A stretch of 55,493 nucleotides of DNA, from the IMG/VR virus record IMGVR_UViG_3300032266_000647, positions 1 through 55,493 of that record; one strand, written 5' to 3'. Shown here in pieces: positions 35,124-47,700 of this stretch (position 1 is the stretch's first letter; each line of letters opens with the position of its first letter). Below the pieces are notes generated by a model. The model was not told the origin of the DNA. It made no database searches and saw only the letters and a list, made by a program, of their open reading frames with translations. Source of the DNA: a virus. Taxonomy: Duplodnaviria > Caudoviricetes. Both the position numbers and the translations under genes were made by a program.

Positions 35124-35543
35124 ATGTTCCATGTGTTCGACTACGACCTGTTGCGCGTGACCACGTTCATGCGCCGCTATCTGCCGTCCCTCAAGGTGTG
35201 CGAGGGCGCGGTGGCTATCGGCTTGCCGCGTGATGGCGCGCTGGTCGCGGGCGTGCTGTTCGACAACTTCAACGGCCCGAACATCTGGATGCACGTTGCC
35301 GCGGTGCCGGGCCGGCGCTGGCTGGTGCGCGACTACCTGAAAGCCTGCTTCCTGTACCCGTTTTCCGTGTGTGGCGTCGAACGGCTATGGGGCTACGTCA
35401 ACGCCTCGAACCTGGAGGCTCGGCGGTTCGATGAACACCTGGGATTCAGGCCGCAGGCCGAGCTGCGCGGCGCTGCCGCCGATGGCGGCGATTTGATCGT
35501 CTACATGATGCGGCGCGAGTGGTGCCGCTACCTGGGAGCCTGA
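35124..35543 (+). CDS. GNAT-family N-acetyltransferase
   Basis: NLEARRFDEHLGFRPQAELRGA; IWMHVA. Confidence 0.75.
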   Translation: MFHVFDYDLLRVTTFMRRYLPSLKVCEGAVAIGLPRDGALVAGVLFDNFNGPNIWMHVAAVPGRRWLVRDYLKACFLYPFSVCGVERLWGYVNASNLEARRFDEHLGFRPQAELRGAAADGGDLIVYMMRREWCRYLGA

Positions 35544-35544
35544 C

Positions 35545-36333
35545 ATGGGAAGCAAGGGAGGTTCCGCTCCGCCGCCGGATCCGCGCCTGGTCGAAGCGCA
35601 GATTCGCTCGATGGGCGTGCAGGACGACATGATCCGGCGCATCGTCGATAACAGTGAGTCGATGATGCCGCTCCAGCGCGAGCAGGCGCAGTTTGCGCTG
35701 GACACCGGCCGGCGCGCGGTGGCCGATGCCGCGGCTGACCGGGAGTGGATGCTGACGCGGCGGGGCATGTTGTCCGGCACCCAGGATCGGCTGGTCAATC
35801 AGGCCAACGAGTTTGATGCGCGCGTGCGCAATGACGAGCTGGCCAGCGAAGCCAACGCCGACGCTCAGACGGCGATTTCAAGCGCGCGGGCCTCGTCCGG
35901 CCGCGAGCTGGCGCGCCGCGGCGTGATGCCGTTTTCCGGTCGCATGGCGGGCACGGATGCCCGGATGGCGCTGGGTGGCGCGGCAATGCTGGCCGGCGCG
36001 CAGAACAACGCGCGGCGCGCGGCGCGTCAGGAAAACTACGCGCTGACCGACAGGGCAGCCAACGCGCTGGCCGGCTACCCGGCGATGTCTGCCGCCGCCT
36101 CGAATCAGGGCGCCGGCATCGCGGCCAACGGCGTCAACGTGGTCAACGCCGGCGCGGCTGGCATGAACGCGGGATTCGGCCAGGCTGCCGGGGTCGCCGG
36201 TCAGATGGGCAGCAACGCGACAAGCATGTGGGGCGCGCAAGCCAACTACAACGCGAATATGGCCGGCCAACAGGCGCAGGGCGCCGGCGCGCTGGTCGGT
36301 GGCCTAAGTACGCTGGGCGCGGCGTTCCTCTGA
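35545..36333 (+). CDS. Putative ejection (pilot) protein
   Basis: MGSKGGSAPPPDP start; Gly/Ala/Asn/Gln-rich; hydrophobic C-terminus. Confidence 0.65.
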   Translation: MGSKGGSAPPPDPRLVEAQIRSMGVQDDMIRRIVDNSESMMPLQREQAQFALDTGRRAVADAAADREWMLTRRGMLSGTQDRLVNQANEFDARVRNDELASEANADAQTAISSARASSGRELARRGVMPFSGRMAGTDARMALGGAAMLAGAQNNARRAARQENYALTDRAANALAGYPAMSAAASNQGAGIAANGVNVVNAGAAGMNAGFGQAAGVAGQMGSNATSMWGAQANYNANMAGQQAQGAGALVGGLSTLGAAFL

Positions 36334-37046
36334 TGGAGGCGCTGTTCGACCGCCACAAGAACGTGGCGCTGTCGTTCTCCGGCGGCAAGGATTCGCTCGC
36401 CCTGCTGCACCTGATGCGGCCTTGGTGGGATCGGTTGACCGTTTACTGGCTGAATCCGGGCAACCCGTTGCCCGAGACGGTCGAGCAGATGGCGCAGGTG
36501 CGCGAGCGGGTGCCGCACTTCAAGGAGGTCGCCGGACTCCAGCGCGAGATCATCGCGGCCGACGGCTGGCCCTCGGACGTGGTGCCGCACCGATACACCA
36601 GCGACAGCAATGCGATCTTCGGGCCGACGCCGTTCAAGGTGCAGGCGCGCCTGCAATGCTGCATCCGCTCGATGATGGTGCCGCTGTGGCGCGCGCTGCG
36701 CGCCGATGGCGTTACCTGCGTGCTGCGCGGCAAGCGGCGAACCGAGGCCGACCGCACCGGGATCGAGAGCGGCCACGTTGCCGAAGGCATCGAGGTCGTG
36801 TTCCCGCTGCTGGACTGGCGTGCCAGCGACGTGTTCCGGTTCCTGGAGGAGCGCGACGTGGATCTGCCGGCGACCTACCGGCACGCATCGCACTCGCTTG
36901 ACTGCATGGACTGTACGGCGTGGTGGGGCGAAGGACAGGGCGCCTACCTGAAAGCGGCGCACCCGGCGATGTTCCGGCAGTACGCGCGCCGGATCTGGCT
37001 TATCAAGCGGGCCGTGGCCGATCAACTGGACGAATGCGAGGTGTGA
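36333..37046 (+). CDS. PAPS/APS reductase-family (PP-loop) protein
   Basis: LSFSGGKDS, GKRRTE, PLLDW, QCC...SLDCMDC. Confidence 0.85.
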   Translation: MEALFDRHKNVALSFSGGKDSLALLHLMRPWWDRLTVYWLNPGNPLPETVEQMAQVRERVPHFKEVAGLQREIIAADGWPSDVVPHRYTSDSNAIFGPTPFKVQARLQCCIRSMMVPLWRALRADGVTCVLRGKRRTEADRTGIESGHVAEGIEVVFPLLDWRASDVFRFLEERDVDLPATYRHASHSLDCMDCTAWWGEGQGAYLKAAHPAMFRQYARRIWLIKRAVADQLDECEV

Positions 37047-37047
37047 C

Positions 37048-38655
37048 ATGGCAAGGGGTGGATTCGGTCAAGGGTTCCTGATGGGCGCGCAGGCCGCGAA
37101 GATGGGCCTCGACATCTACAACCAGGCCAAGACGCAGGGTGAGCTGGAAAAGATCGCGGACGCAAAGCCGGAAGCGACGACCGGCTACACGGCCGAACAG
37201 GGCACCGATCTGAGCGCGGCGGCGGCTTCGGGCCAGTACGACATCGGCGTCAAGACGCGGGACGACGGCACGTTCGACTCGTACACGGTGACGCCGAAGG
37301 CCGACCAGACGCAGACGGGCGTGATCGCTCAGCAAGACGTGACCGACTTCATGGGCAAGCGCACCGCCGGCACGATGACCGACGACCAGGTGGCGCGCGC
37401 CCGGACAATGGCGATGGCCGGCGTGGTGTCGAAGACGAACCCGATCGAGGGGCTGCGGATGCAGCAGGCAGTGACGGCCGGCGAGCGCGACGATCAGCGG
37501 TTCAAGTGGGAGACTGACCGCGCTGACCGCGACAAGCGCAAGGCCGACGACAAGGAGGCGTACACCGCCGCGCGGCAAGACGCCTACAAAAATTCGATTC
37601 ACGGCCGCAACATGACGCAGTACGTCCAGGCGTACAAGACGTGGGAGGAGGGCGGCAAGCAGGGCGAGGCGCCGGCCATGCCGACCTACTCGCTGGCGCA
37701 GTCGCTGGCCGACACTGGGGCGCTGCTGGCGGTTGACGCCGAGCGCGGCCGGGCCGACCCGAAGGCGTTGCAGCAATACGCGGCCACGATGAAGCAGGTG
37801 CGCGACGAGGGCTATGTGTCCGCGTTGCGGGTCGCCCAGTCGGGCGGATCTGCCGCGCAGATTGCCGAGGCGTTCAACAAGGCCGGCACGATGAAGGTCG
37901 AGCCGGGCGCCATTCAGGTTGGCAAGGGCAAAGGCCCGGATGGGATGCCGACGACCATGCTGACCCTCCGCGACGGACAGGGCAAGGTGCAAACCCTCAA
38001 CGTGGTGGCCGAGCTGGATGCGCTGGGCCAGGCCGACAAGTATTTCAACCGCTTCTACAAGGCCGAGGACAACAAGCGCGGCAACGCGCAGCTTGAGCTG
38101 GCGCGGAGCCGCGACGTGCGCGATGCGGCGTCGTCCGCGATCACGAACCGGCTGCACGGCGCTCAGGCCGACGAGGCGGAAGCAAGGGCGACGGCGCGCA
38201 AGGATCTGACCGCGGCGCAGACCGAGCTGAACGCGGCGATCGAGGCCGGCAACGCGCAGGCCGAGGCGGCGGCGCGCAAAAAATTGTCTACCTTCGCGCT
38301 GGGTGCCAAGGGCAGCCAGATGGATCCGCTGGAGCGCAAGGCGGCGCTGTACCTGGGCAGCGGGCGCGCGAAGACGATGGCCGAGGCGCTGGATCTGGCG
38401 CATCAGAAGGTGCAATCGTCGCCGCGCGACGATTACATGAAGTTGACGACCGGGCCGATGCCGAAGGGCGACAAGGAGCTGGACGCGCACATGCGCGTGC
38501 TGCACGGCGACACTTGGAAAGAGAAGGTCAACAGCGAGGGCGGCGGCGGCGGGCAGTCGATGGAAACCGATCCGCGCGCCAAGGCGATCCGCGACGATCC
38601 GAAGCTGACGCGCGAGCAGAAGCTCGCCAAGCTGCGCGAGCTGGGCTACAAGTAG
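37048..38655 (+). CDS. Putative ejection/internal virion protein
   Basis: MARGGFGQGFLMG start; helical; position. Confidence 0.6.
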   Translation: MARGGFGQGFLMGAQAAKMGLDIYNQAKTQGELEKIADAKPEATTGYTAEQGTDLSAAAASGQYDIGVKTRDDGTFDSYTVTPKADQTQTGVIAQQDVTDFMGKRTAGTMTDDQVARARTMAMAGVVSKTNPIEGLRMQQAVTAGERDDQRFKWETDRADRDKRKADDKEAYTAARQDAYKNSIHGRNMTQYVQAYKTWEEGGKQGEAPAMPTYSLAQSLADTGALLAVDAERGRADPKALQQYAATMKQVRDEGYVSALRVAQSGGSAAQIAEAFNKAGTMKVEPGAIQVGKGKGPDGMPTTMLTLRDGQGKVQTLNVVAELDALGQADKYFNRFYKAEDNKRGNAQLELARSRDVRDAASSAITNRLHGAQADEAEARATARKDLTAAQTELNAAIEAGNAQAEAAARKKLSTFALGAKGSQMDPLERKAALYLGSGRAKTMAEALDLAHQKVQSSPRDDYMKLTTGPMPKGDKELDAHMRVLHGDTWKEKVNSEGGGGGQSMETDPRAKAIRDDPKLTREQKLAKLRELGYK

Positions 38656-38664
38656 CCGCCTCGC

Positions 38665-38683
38665 GTGGCAAGCATGGCAGCCT
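38665..38683 (+). promoter_or_regulatory. Late promoter motif, copy 5
   Basis: GTGGCAAGCATGGCAGCCT. Confidence 0.7.
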
Positions 38684-38712
38684 GACCGGCGTTTCGTTCG
38701 GTCAGGGTGGCC

Positions 38713-41700
38713 ATGAGCAAGCTCGAAGACTTCTTGGACGGCAAGCTGCCGTCTGCCGGCTCGTCGCAAATCGAAGACTTCCTGGCCGGTCGGCCGATCA
38801 AGCCGACAAAGCCGGCCGCGCCATCAAGCGGTGCGACGGCGGGCGACTGGCTGCACGCCGGATCGCAGGCGGTCGGCGAGGGCATTCTGGCCGCGCAGGG
38901 CGGCATCGGCACGTTCATCCAGGCGCCGGGCGCCTATCTGGAATCGGCGCTGCAAGGCGGCGCGGCCGCGCTTAATCGCGGCGTCTCCAAGCTGACCGGC
39001 GGCATCGTTCCGATCGACGAGGACGTGCAGAAGACCGCGCGGGACTTCTCGCGCATGGCGGCGGCAACGCGCAAGGAGAACGTCGCGGCCGAGGATGGCA
39101 CCTGGCTGAACCCGGCCACGACGGCGGCGCGCATGGGCCTCGGGCTGCAACTGGACGCGAATCAGCGCATTTCGCAGATCGAGGCAGAGAACCGCGAGCG
39201 CAACCCGGAGCTGGTGCGCCAGCAGCAAGCGATCTCGGACGCCGAGGGCTTCGTCGGGACGCTGAGCGCGCTGAAAGACAACCCGCTGGGGTTCGGCTAC
39301 ACGCTGGCGCGATCTGCGCCGGACATGATCGCCGGCCTGGGCATTGCGCGTGGCGCGGCATCGGCAACGATGCGCGAGGGCGCGGTGGCTGCGGAGAAGG
39401 CGGCGGCCAGCGTGGCGGCAGCGGGCGGCAGCGCCGCGGCACAGAAGGCCGCGGCCGACGCGGCGATGCAGCAGGCCCAGCGCAGCGCGGTCGGAAGCGC
39501 AAGCGTGGCTGGCACTGCGGCCGAGGGCGTCTCGTCGTCGTACAACGGCCGCGAGGGTGTCTACCGCGAGGTCATGAACCTGCCAGAGAAGACGCTGGAG
39601 ACGGCGCCGCGCTTCCGGGAAGTGCTGGCCGAGGCCGGCGGCGATCGTGCGCGGGCGCGCGAGATCCTGGCCAACGAGCTGGCCGATCAGGCGACGCTGC
39701 TGTCCGGTGCAAGCACGATGGCCGGTTCGATGCTGACGCGCCGGCTGTTCAAGGGCGACACGACGGCCGAGGCGGTGGCCGGCGTCAAGCCGCTGACGCT
39801 GCGGCAGGTGGGCCGCAACGTGCTGGAAGAAGGCTTCGAGGAGGGCGCGCAGGGGCTGGGCGAGGACGCGGCGCAGTTCGTTGCCGCTTCGCAGGCGGAT
39901 CCATCCAAGAAGTTCGACGTGGGCGGCACGCTGGCGCAGAACATCGCGGCCGGCGCCGTCATGGGCGCGGGCGGGACGGGCGGCAAGTATGCCTACGAGC
40001 GGGCGCGCGACCTGAGTCAACCGACGCCGCCGGGCGCTGCACCGACGCCGACCAGCGCGCCGGACATTTCGCCGACGGCGCCTGCCGCACCGCCGGCTGC
40101 TGCCGCACCGCCGGCCGCGCCGATGGCGACCGCCGGGGCCGACGACGAGGCCGCGCGCAAGCTGATGGCGCCGGTCAACATGACGGCGCTCGACCGCGTG
40201 CCGGAGATCGACACCGAGGCGGGGCAACTGACCGCGCGGCTGGCCGAGCTGAACGATCCGGCCGGCACCTATGGCCAGATGTTCGACCAAGAGCGCGCGG
40301 AGATTGCCAGCCGGCGCACTGCACTCCAGCAGGAGCGCGATGCGATCACGGCGGGCTGGCCGAAGGCGACGCCGGGGGCGCCGGCCTCGTTCTCGACGGA
40401 GACGGGCGCGCGCCTGGCGGGTCAGTACGCGCTGATGGACGCCGACGAGCTGACCACTTCCCATGACGTGAATTTGCGCGAGGATCCGCGCTACCCGAAG
40501 GATCTGCAACCGCGCGACCGCACGCGCGCCGCCTCGGAGATCCAGGTGTCGGGCATCGTCTCGAAGCTGGATCCTGCCCGGCTGGGCGTCTCCGCGGATT
40601 CGGCCAACGGCGCGCCGATCGTGGGCGCCGACGGCCTGGTGGAGTCGGGCAACGCGCGCACGATCGCCCTGAAACGGGTGTACCAGGCCAACGGCCAGAA
40701 GGCCGAGGACTACAAGGCGTTCCTGCGCGCCAATGCCAGCCAGTTCGGGCTGACGCCGGAGGCGGTGGACGGCATGGCCAAGCCGGTGCTGGTGCGCGTG
40801 CGCCAGACGCCGGTGAACCGCGCCGAGTTTGCGCGCCAGGCCAACGTGACGACGGTGCAGCGGATGTCGCCGTCCGAGCAGGCGCTGTCGGATGCGAAGC
40901 GGCTGACCACGCTGGAGGGGCTGAACCCGGACGACGAAGGCAACTTCACGTCGTCGAGCGACTTCATTCGGCAGTTCATGTCGATCCTGCCGGCGACCGA
41001 GCAGTCGGACATGCTGGAGGCCGACGGCAAGCTGTCTACGGCGGGCTACCGGCGGATCCAGAACGCGGTGCTGGCGAAAGCCTACGGCGACTCCCCGACG
41101 CTGCGGCGGATGACGGAGAGCCTGGACGACAACCTGCGCAACGTCTCGAAGGCGCTGGTGCGTGTGGCGCCGATGATCGCGGATGCACGCGAGCGCATGG
41201 GCGTGGGCACGCTGCACCAGGCTGACATCGCGCCCGATCTCGTTTCGGCGGTCGAGGGGCTGTCGGCATTGAAGGACAAGGGCTGGCGCGTGGCCGACGA
41301 GCTGGCGCAGGGCGACCTGACCGGGCCGAAGTATTCTGCCGAGGCAGGCGAGCTGCTGACGTTCCTGTCGGACAACATTCGTAGCCCGCGGCGCATGGCC
41401 GAGTTCGTCCAGCGGTACTACGAGGCGCTGGCGGCATCGGGCGACCCGAGCCAGGCGTCGATGTTCGGAGACGCGCCGGCGCCCAGCAGAATGAGCCTGA
41501 TTGAGCAGGCGCGAGGAGGCATCAATGCAGGACAAGCAGATCGAGGCGGTGCGCAAGCTGCTGCGCCAGGTGGACAGCAATCCGAAGGTGCGCAACGCGG
41601 TGGCGATGGCGCTCGCGGCGATGCCGGAGGCAGCACCGGAGACACCCGACTCAGCCGCGCCGCCAATCGCGGCGCCGAAGATGCCGACTGGGTAGCCTTC

Positions 41701-44700
41701 CCGGAGTCGTCCGGCACGCTGGGCATTCCGCGCGCGCAGATGCCCCAGGTAAAGGTGAGCGATCGGCTGGAGCTGCTGCGCTGGCTGGGCGAGCGAGGTA
41801 TTACGAACGAGCGCGCCGAGGTGGCGGCCGACACGTTGCGGCCGACGCAAGCGGAGTTCTCGCCGGCCAAGGTGGCGCGCTGGAACAACAGCGGGTCGGG
41901 CGATCGCTCCGTGCTGGTGTCGTCCGACGGTTACATCCTCGATGGGCACCACCAATGGCTTGCCGCGCGTGCCGCTGACGAGCCTGTGTCTGTCGTGCGG
42001 CTTGATGCGCCGATTCGCGGCCTGCTCGATGCCGTCAACAAGTTCCCGAAGACGCAGCGCTCGCCCGGCGCCAACGTGATCGACCTGGCGCAACTTCGCG
42101 CCGCCGCAGCGCAGGACTTCAACGACGCGCTGGCCGATCTGGCGGCGATCGCCTCCACGAACACGCGCGCGGCGCTGATGCCGGAGGACACGCCGAACCT
42201 GATGCCGACGCTGGTCAAGCTGTTCGGCGCGGCAATCCGCATGGTGGGCACGGACTTGAAGCGGGCAACCCGCTGGGTGAAGGATCAACTGAAGGCCGAC
42301 CCGCAGTTCAAGAAGGTCTGGAACCGGATCGCGGACGAGACGTATCGCAAGGCGGCGATGCAGGCGCTCGAAGGGATGGACGCGCCGGCCCAGGGCGGCC
42401 TGTTCGATTCGCCGGCCGTCGCGACTCAGGCTGTGCAGGGCGGGCTGTTCGACGCCGTGCCGGAGCAACCCGCGAAGGCGGCCGACGGCAAGCGGGCGAC
42501 GGTGGTTGCAAGGACGCTGGAAAAGGCGCCGGCTGTCGCCACGATCGTCATCGACGGTCAGACCCACGACCTGGACGCGCCTGACTTTGGCGCGGATCCC
42601 TGGCCGCGCACGCTGCCGGACGACTCGCCGCTGCTGCGCGAAACGAACAACCTGGCCGACGACTCGGATGTGACTTATGGCGGCGAAACGATGACCCGTG
42701 CTCAAATGCGCGCCCGCATCGTTGACGCACATTTCGAGGGGCTGCGGCCGGCGCCAGCGAGTCGCAAGCCGATCGTCTACATCATGGGGGGCGGTGGCGC
42801 GAGCGGCAAGGGCACGATCAAAAAGCGCCTGATTGCCGAGGGGCGCATGGACGCATCGGGCGCCGTGAACCTCGATCCCGACGAGATCAAGGTCGAGCAC
42901 ATTCCAGAGTACAAACAGATCGTTGCGGCGGGCGATTCGCGTGCCGCCGCGGTCGTGCATGAGGAAAGTTCCGGCATTGCCGCAACCGTGCGGTCGCGCG
43001 CGATCGTGGATCGCTTTGACCTGGTGCTGGACGTGACCCTGGGCGATCAGGGCAAGGGCGAAAAGCTGCTGCGCACCCTGAAGGATGCGGGCTACGAGGT
43101 TCGGCTGTACGGCGTGACGACGAACCCGCTGGTGTCGATTGTGCGGGCCATCAAGCGCGCCAAGGGTTCGGGCCGCTACGTGCCGATCAACCATCTGCTG
43201 CAAGCGCACAAGGGATTCAATGCCGCCTTTGAAAGCTACGCGGCCATTGCCGACGAGGCGCTGCTGTTTGAAAACAGCGGAGAATCCCCGCAGATGCTCG
43301 CCAGCGCAAGCGCAGGCGTTGCACTGAAAACCGAAAACGGATACAATATTGTTGCCGAAAGGAGCAAACTCAATGAACGTGCGAAAACTCTGCGCGATGT
43401 CAGCCGTGGAGAGGAACAAGGCGCTCGCCGCGATGAGTCTGGCCGAGGCAATGGAGTACCAGGCGGGGATCGAGGCGCTGGCCAACGAGCTGATGGACAA
43501 GGCCAAGAAGACCCCGGCCGAGCGGGAGATGCTGGACTTCTGCAACGAGGACGGCGCCTGGGAGGCGAACCGGACGGTGCGCGAGGCGCGGGCCAAGGAA
43601 CGCAAGGCAGCGAGCAAGGCGGCGTAAATGCAAACGCACAACCTGGTCAAAGCGGCAATCAAGGACAAGGCGCCGGCCCTGTATCGGCAACTCAGCGCAA
43701 GCGGCGAGCTGAATCAGTACGCAACGGATCTCGCGGACGAGATCAACGCGCAGGTGGTGACGCTGACGCAGGAACAGCGGACCAGGGAGGGCTGGGACAA
43801 GCTCGGCCCGATGGCGTGCGCGGCCAGAATGAAAACGGCAATGAGCCTGAACAACGAGCTGGTGCTGGCGCAGATGCTGGAGTTCCCGCAGGACGAGACA
43901 TCCCCGTCAAGTCCGGACGCAACTACCGATTCGGCCCCGATGACCTGACCTACGCGGGGACGTGGCTCCAGAAAGCCACGGCCAACGTCGAGGCCGTCGA
44001 GCTGCTCAAAGCGCTCGAAAAGGAAGGCCGCCAGGCCACGCGCGAGGAACAGCAAAAACTCGCGCAGTTCATCGGCTGGGGCGCATCCGAGATCGCCAAT
44101 TCGATCTTTGGCGACAAAATCAAGAAGAAAGAGGCGGCGGTGCGCGCATGGCAGCGCGTGCTGGCGGCGCGCGCCGAGGGCTTGACGCGCCTCGATCGCC
44201 GCGCAAACGACTACTGGACGATCGCTCAACCGCTGATCGAGGCCAAGTCGATGCGCTACGGCGACGATCTGTACCTGACCGACCTGACTGCCTCGAAGTT
44301 CAATGTGTCCGGCTCCGATGTGAAGTACCTGGAGCTGCGCGATCGGCTGGCGGGCGCGCTGACCAAGGAGGAGTTTGCCGAGGCGTCGCGCTCGACCCAG
44401 TACGCGCACTACACCAGCAGGGCGATCGTGCGCGCGATGTGGGCGGCGATGGAGCGCATGGGCTTCAAGGGCGGCACGGTGCTGGAGCCGGGCGCCGGCA
44501 TTGGCATCTTCCAGGGGTTGATGCCCGAGGCGATCGCGGCCAACAGCGCATACACCGGCATCGAGTTCGATTCGGTGACGGGCGGCATCCTGAAACAGTT
44601 GATGCCCGACGAGCGGATCCTGGTGGAGTCGTTCGTCGATTCGCGGCTGCCCAAGGGCTTCTACGACGTGGCCATCGGCAATCCGCCGTTCTCGGGCACG

Positions 44701-47700
44701 AAGATCCTCGGAGATCCGGAGTACGCGAAGCGGGCATTCAGCCTGCACGACTACTTCTTTGCCAAGTCGATCGACCGCGTGAAGCCGGGCGGCCTGGTGA
44801 TGTACGTGACCAGCCGCTACACGATGGACAAGCTGGACGACAAGGCGCGCGCTTACCTGAACGAGCGCGCCGACCTGGTGGGCGCGATCCGGCTGCCGCA
44901 AACGGCGTTCCAGGAAAACGCCGGCACCGAGGTCGTGACCGATGTCATCTTCCTGCGCAAGAAAGTCGCGGGCGAGACGTGGGACGGCGGCCAGGCATGG
45001 GCAAAATCGGTGCCGATGACGGTCGGCGGCGCCTCGTTCCCGATCAACGAGTATTTCCACGCGCACCCGGACATGGTGCTGGGGTCGCACTCCGACACCG
45101 GCAAGATGCACGCCACCGCGGAGCCGCAATACACGGTGATCCCGCGCAAGGGCGACATCGAGGCGCACTTTGCCGCCGCCGTGGCCACGCTGCCCGAGGG
45201 GATCTACAAGGCTGCGCGCGGATCGGCCGCCGAGGCCGCGAAGGTGCGCGAGATTGATTTCAACCCGAAGGCGAAGAAGGAGGGTAACTACTACGTCACG
45301 GACGCTGGCGTGCTGATGGTGCGCGAGGGCGGGGTGGGCCAGCGCGTCGAGTTGCGCAACCCGAAGGACGTGGAGCTGATTAAGGACTTCGTGCCGCTGC
45401 GCGATGCGTTGAAGCAGGCGCACTACGACCAGCTCAACAACCTGGACTGGCGCACCAGCCTGACGGCGCTGGGCACGGCCTATGAGAAGTTCGTCAAGAA
45501 GCATGGCCAGGTCAATCAGTTCACCTTGCGGGTCAAGAAGACGCAGGAGGTTGACCCGGACACCGGCGAGAAGTTCGTCGATGAGTCGATGGTGCGCAAC
45601 TTCACGCTGCTGTCCAAGCTGAAAGACGACCCGGACGTGACGCTGGTCGCCGCACTGGAGGAGATCAACGACGACACCGGCCAGATCAAGCCCAGCGCAT
45701 TCCTGAGCGAGCGCGTGCTGGGCAAGCCGGCCGATGCGCGCGTCAACAGCCCGATGGACGCGCTGCTGTCGTCGCTGAACGACATTGGTCATGTGGACAT
45801 CGACCTGATTGCGCAGCGCGTGGGCCTGGCGCCGGCCGAGACGATTGCCGAGCTGGGCACGGCGATCTATGACGACCCGGAGGCCGGCTGGGTGATGGCC
45901 GACGAGTACATGTCGGGCAACGTCAAGCGCAAGCTGAACCTGGCGCGCGAGTCCGCAAAGTCGGACAAGCGCTACGAGCGCAACGTGATCGCGCTGGAGG
46001 CGGTGCAGCCGGCGGCGCGGCAACCGTCGCAGATCAACATCGGCCTGGGCATGAACTGGATCCCCGGCGAGGTCTATGCCGACTTCGTGCGCGAGCTGGC
46101 TGGCGTGCGCGCGACGGTGGCGTGGAATCAGGCGACGAAGCAGTGGATCGTGACCGAACAGGCGGGCGGCAGCACGTTGCGGGCCACGGCTGACTGGGGC
46201 ACGAACCGGCGCAACATCACGGAGCTGCTGGAGCATGGTCTGACGGGCCGGCCGATCCAGATTACCGAGAAGACGAGCGACGGCAAGACGATCACGGCCA
46301 CGGCCGCGATCGAGGCGGCCAACCTGAAACTGGAAGCGATCAAAGAGCGGTTCAAGGCGTGGGTGTGGGAGAACCCCGAGCGCACCGACAAGCTGGTCAA
46401 GCTGTTCAACGATCAGTTCAACACCACGGTTCCGCGGTCGTTCGACGGTCGGCACCTGACGCTGCCCGGCACGTCCAAGACGTTTGACGTGTTCCCGCAC
46501 GTCAAGCGCGGCGCCTGGCGGATCATCCAGAAGGGCAACACCTACCTGGCGCACGCCGTCGGATCGGGCAAGACGTTCCAGATGGTCATCAGCGCGATGG
46601 AGCAGAAGCGGCTGGGCTTGATTAAGAAGCCGATGGTGGTCGTGCCGAACCACATGCTTCAGCAATTCGCGCATGAGTGGCAGATGCTTTACCCGGCCGC
46701 GCGCCTGATGGTGGCCGACGAAAACAACTTCCACACCGACAACCGCCGCCGCTTTGTCTCGCGCGTGGCGCTGTCCGACCTGGATGGCGTGGTCATCACG
46801 CACAGCGCGTTCAAGCTGCTCGACCTGGATCCGGCGTTCAAGCGCGGGGCGATCGAGCAACAACTGGAGGTGATGCGCGCCTCGCTGGAGCAGGCCGAGG
46901 AGGCGGACGGCAAGGGCGGTCGCAAGTCGCCGCGCATCAAGCAGATCGAGAAGCAGATCGAGAACATGGAGCAAAAGCTGGAGGAGGCCATGTCCTCGGA
47001 GGGCAAGGATCGCAACGTGCGATTCGACGAGCTGGGCGTCGATTTCCTGTACGTTGATGAGGCGCACGCTTACCGCAAGCTGGATTTCATCACCACGCGC
47101 CAGGTCAAGGGACTGTCGCCGGCCGGATCGGCGATGTCGTTCGATCTGTGGATGAAGGCGCGCTACCTGGACGAGAAGAAGCCGGGCCGATCGCTGGTGA
47201 TGGCCAGCGGCACGCCGGTCACGAACACGCTGGCCGAGCTGTATACGGTGCAGAAGTTCATGGCGCCGCAGACCCTCGAAGACCGGAACATCAGCGACTT
47301 TGACTCCTGGGCGGCGATGTTCGGCCGCGAGCGCACCGAGCTGGAGCCAAACGCCGCCGGCAAGTACGAGCCGGTGACGCGGTTCTCGAAGTTCGTCAAC
47401 GTGCCGGAGCTGATTCAGTCCTTCCGCGACTTTGCCGACGTGCTGACAGCCGACAACCTGGCCGCGCTGCTGGGCGACGCGCGGCCGAAGGTCGAGGGCG
47501 GCCAGCGCCAGATGATCGTGACGCCGAAGACCGATGAGTACAAGGTCTACCAGCGCGAGCTGGCCCAGCGCGTGAAGATCTCGAAGGCATGGAAGCCGAG
47601 CAAGGATCAGCCAAACAATCCCGACCCGATGATCCGCATCATTGGCGACGGCCGACTGGCCGCGATCGACATGCGGTTCGTGGATCCGAAGGCCGAACGC

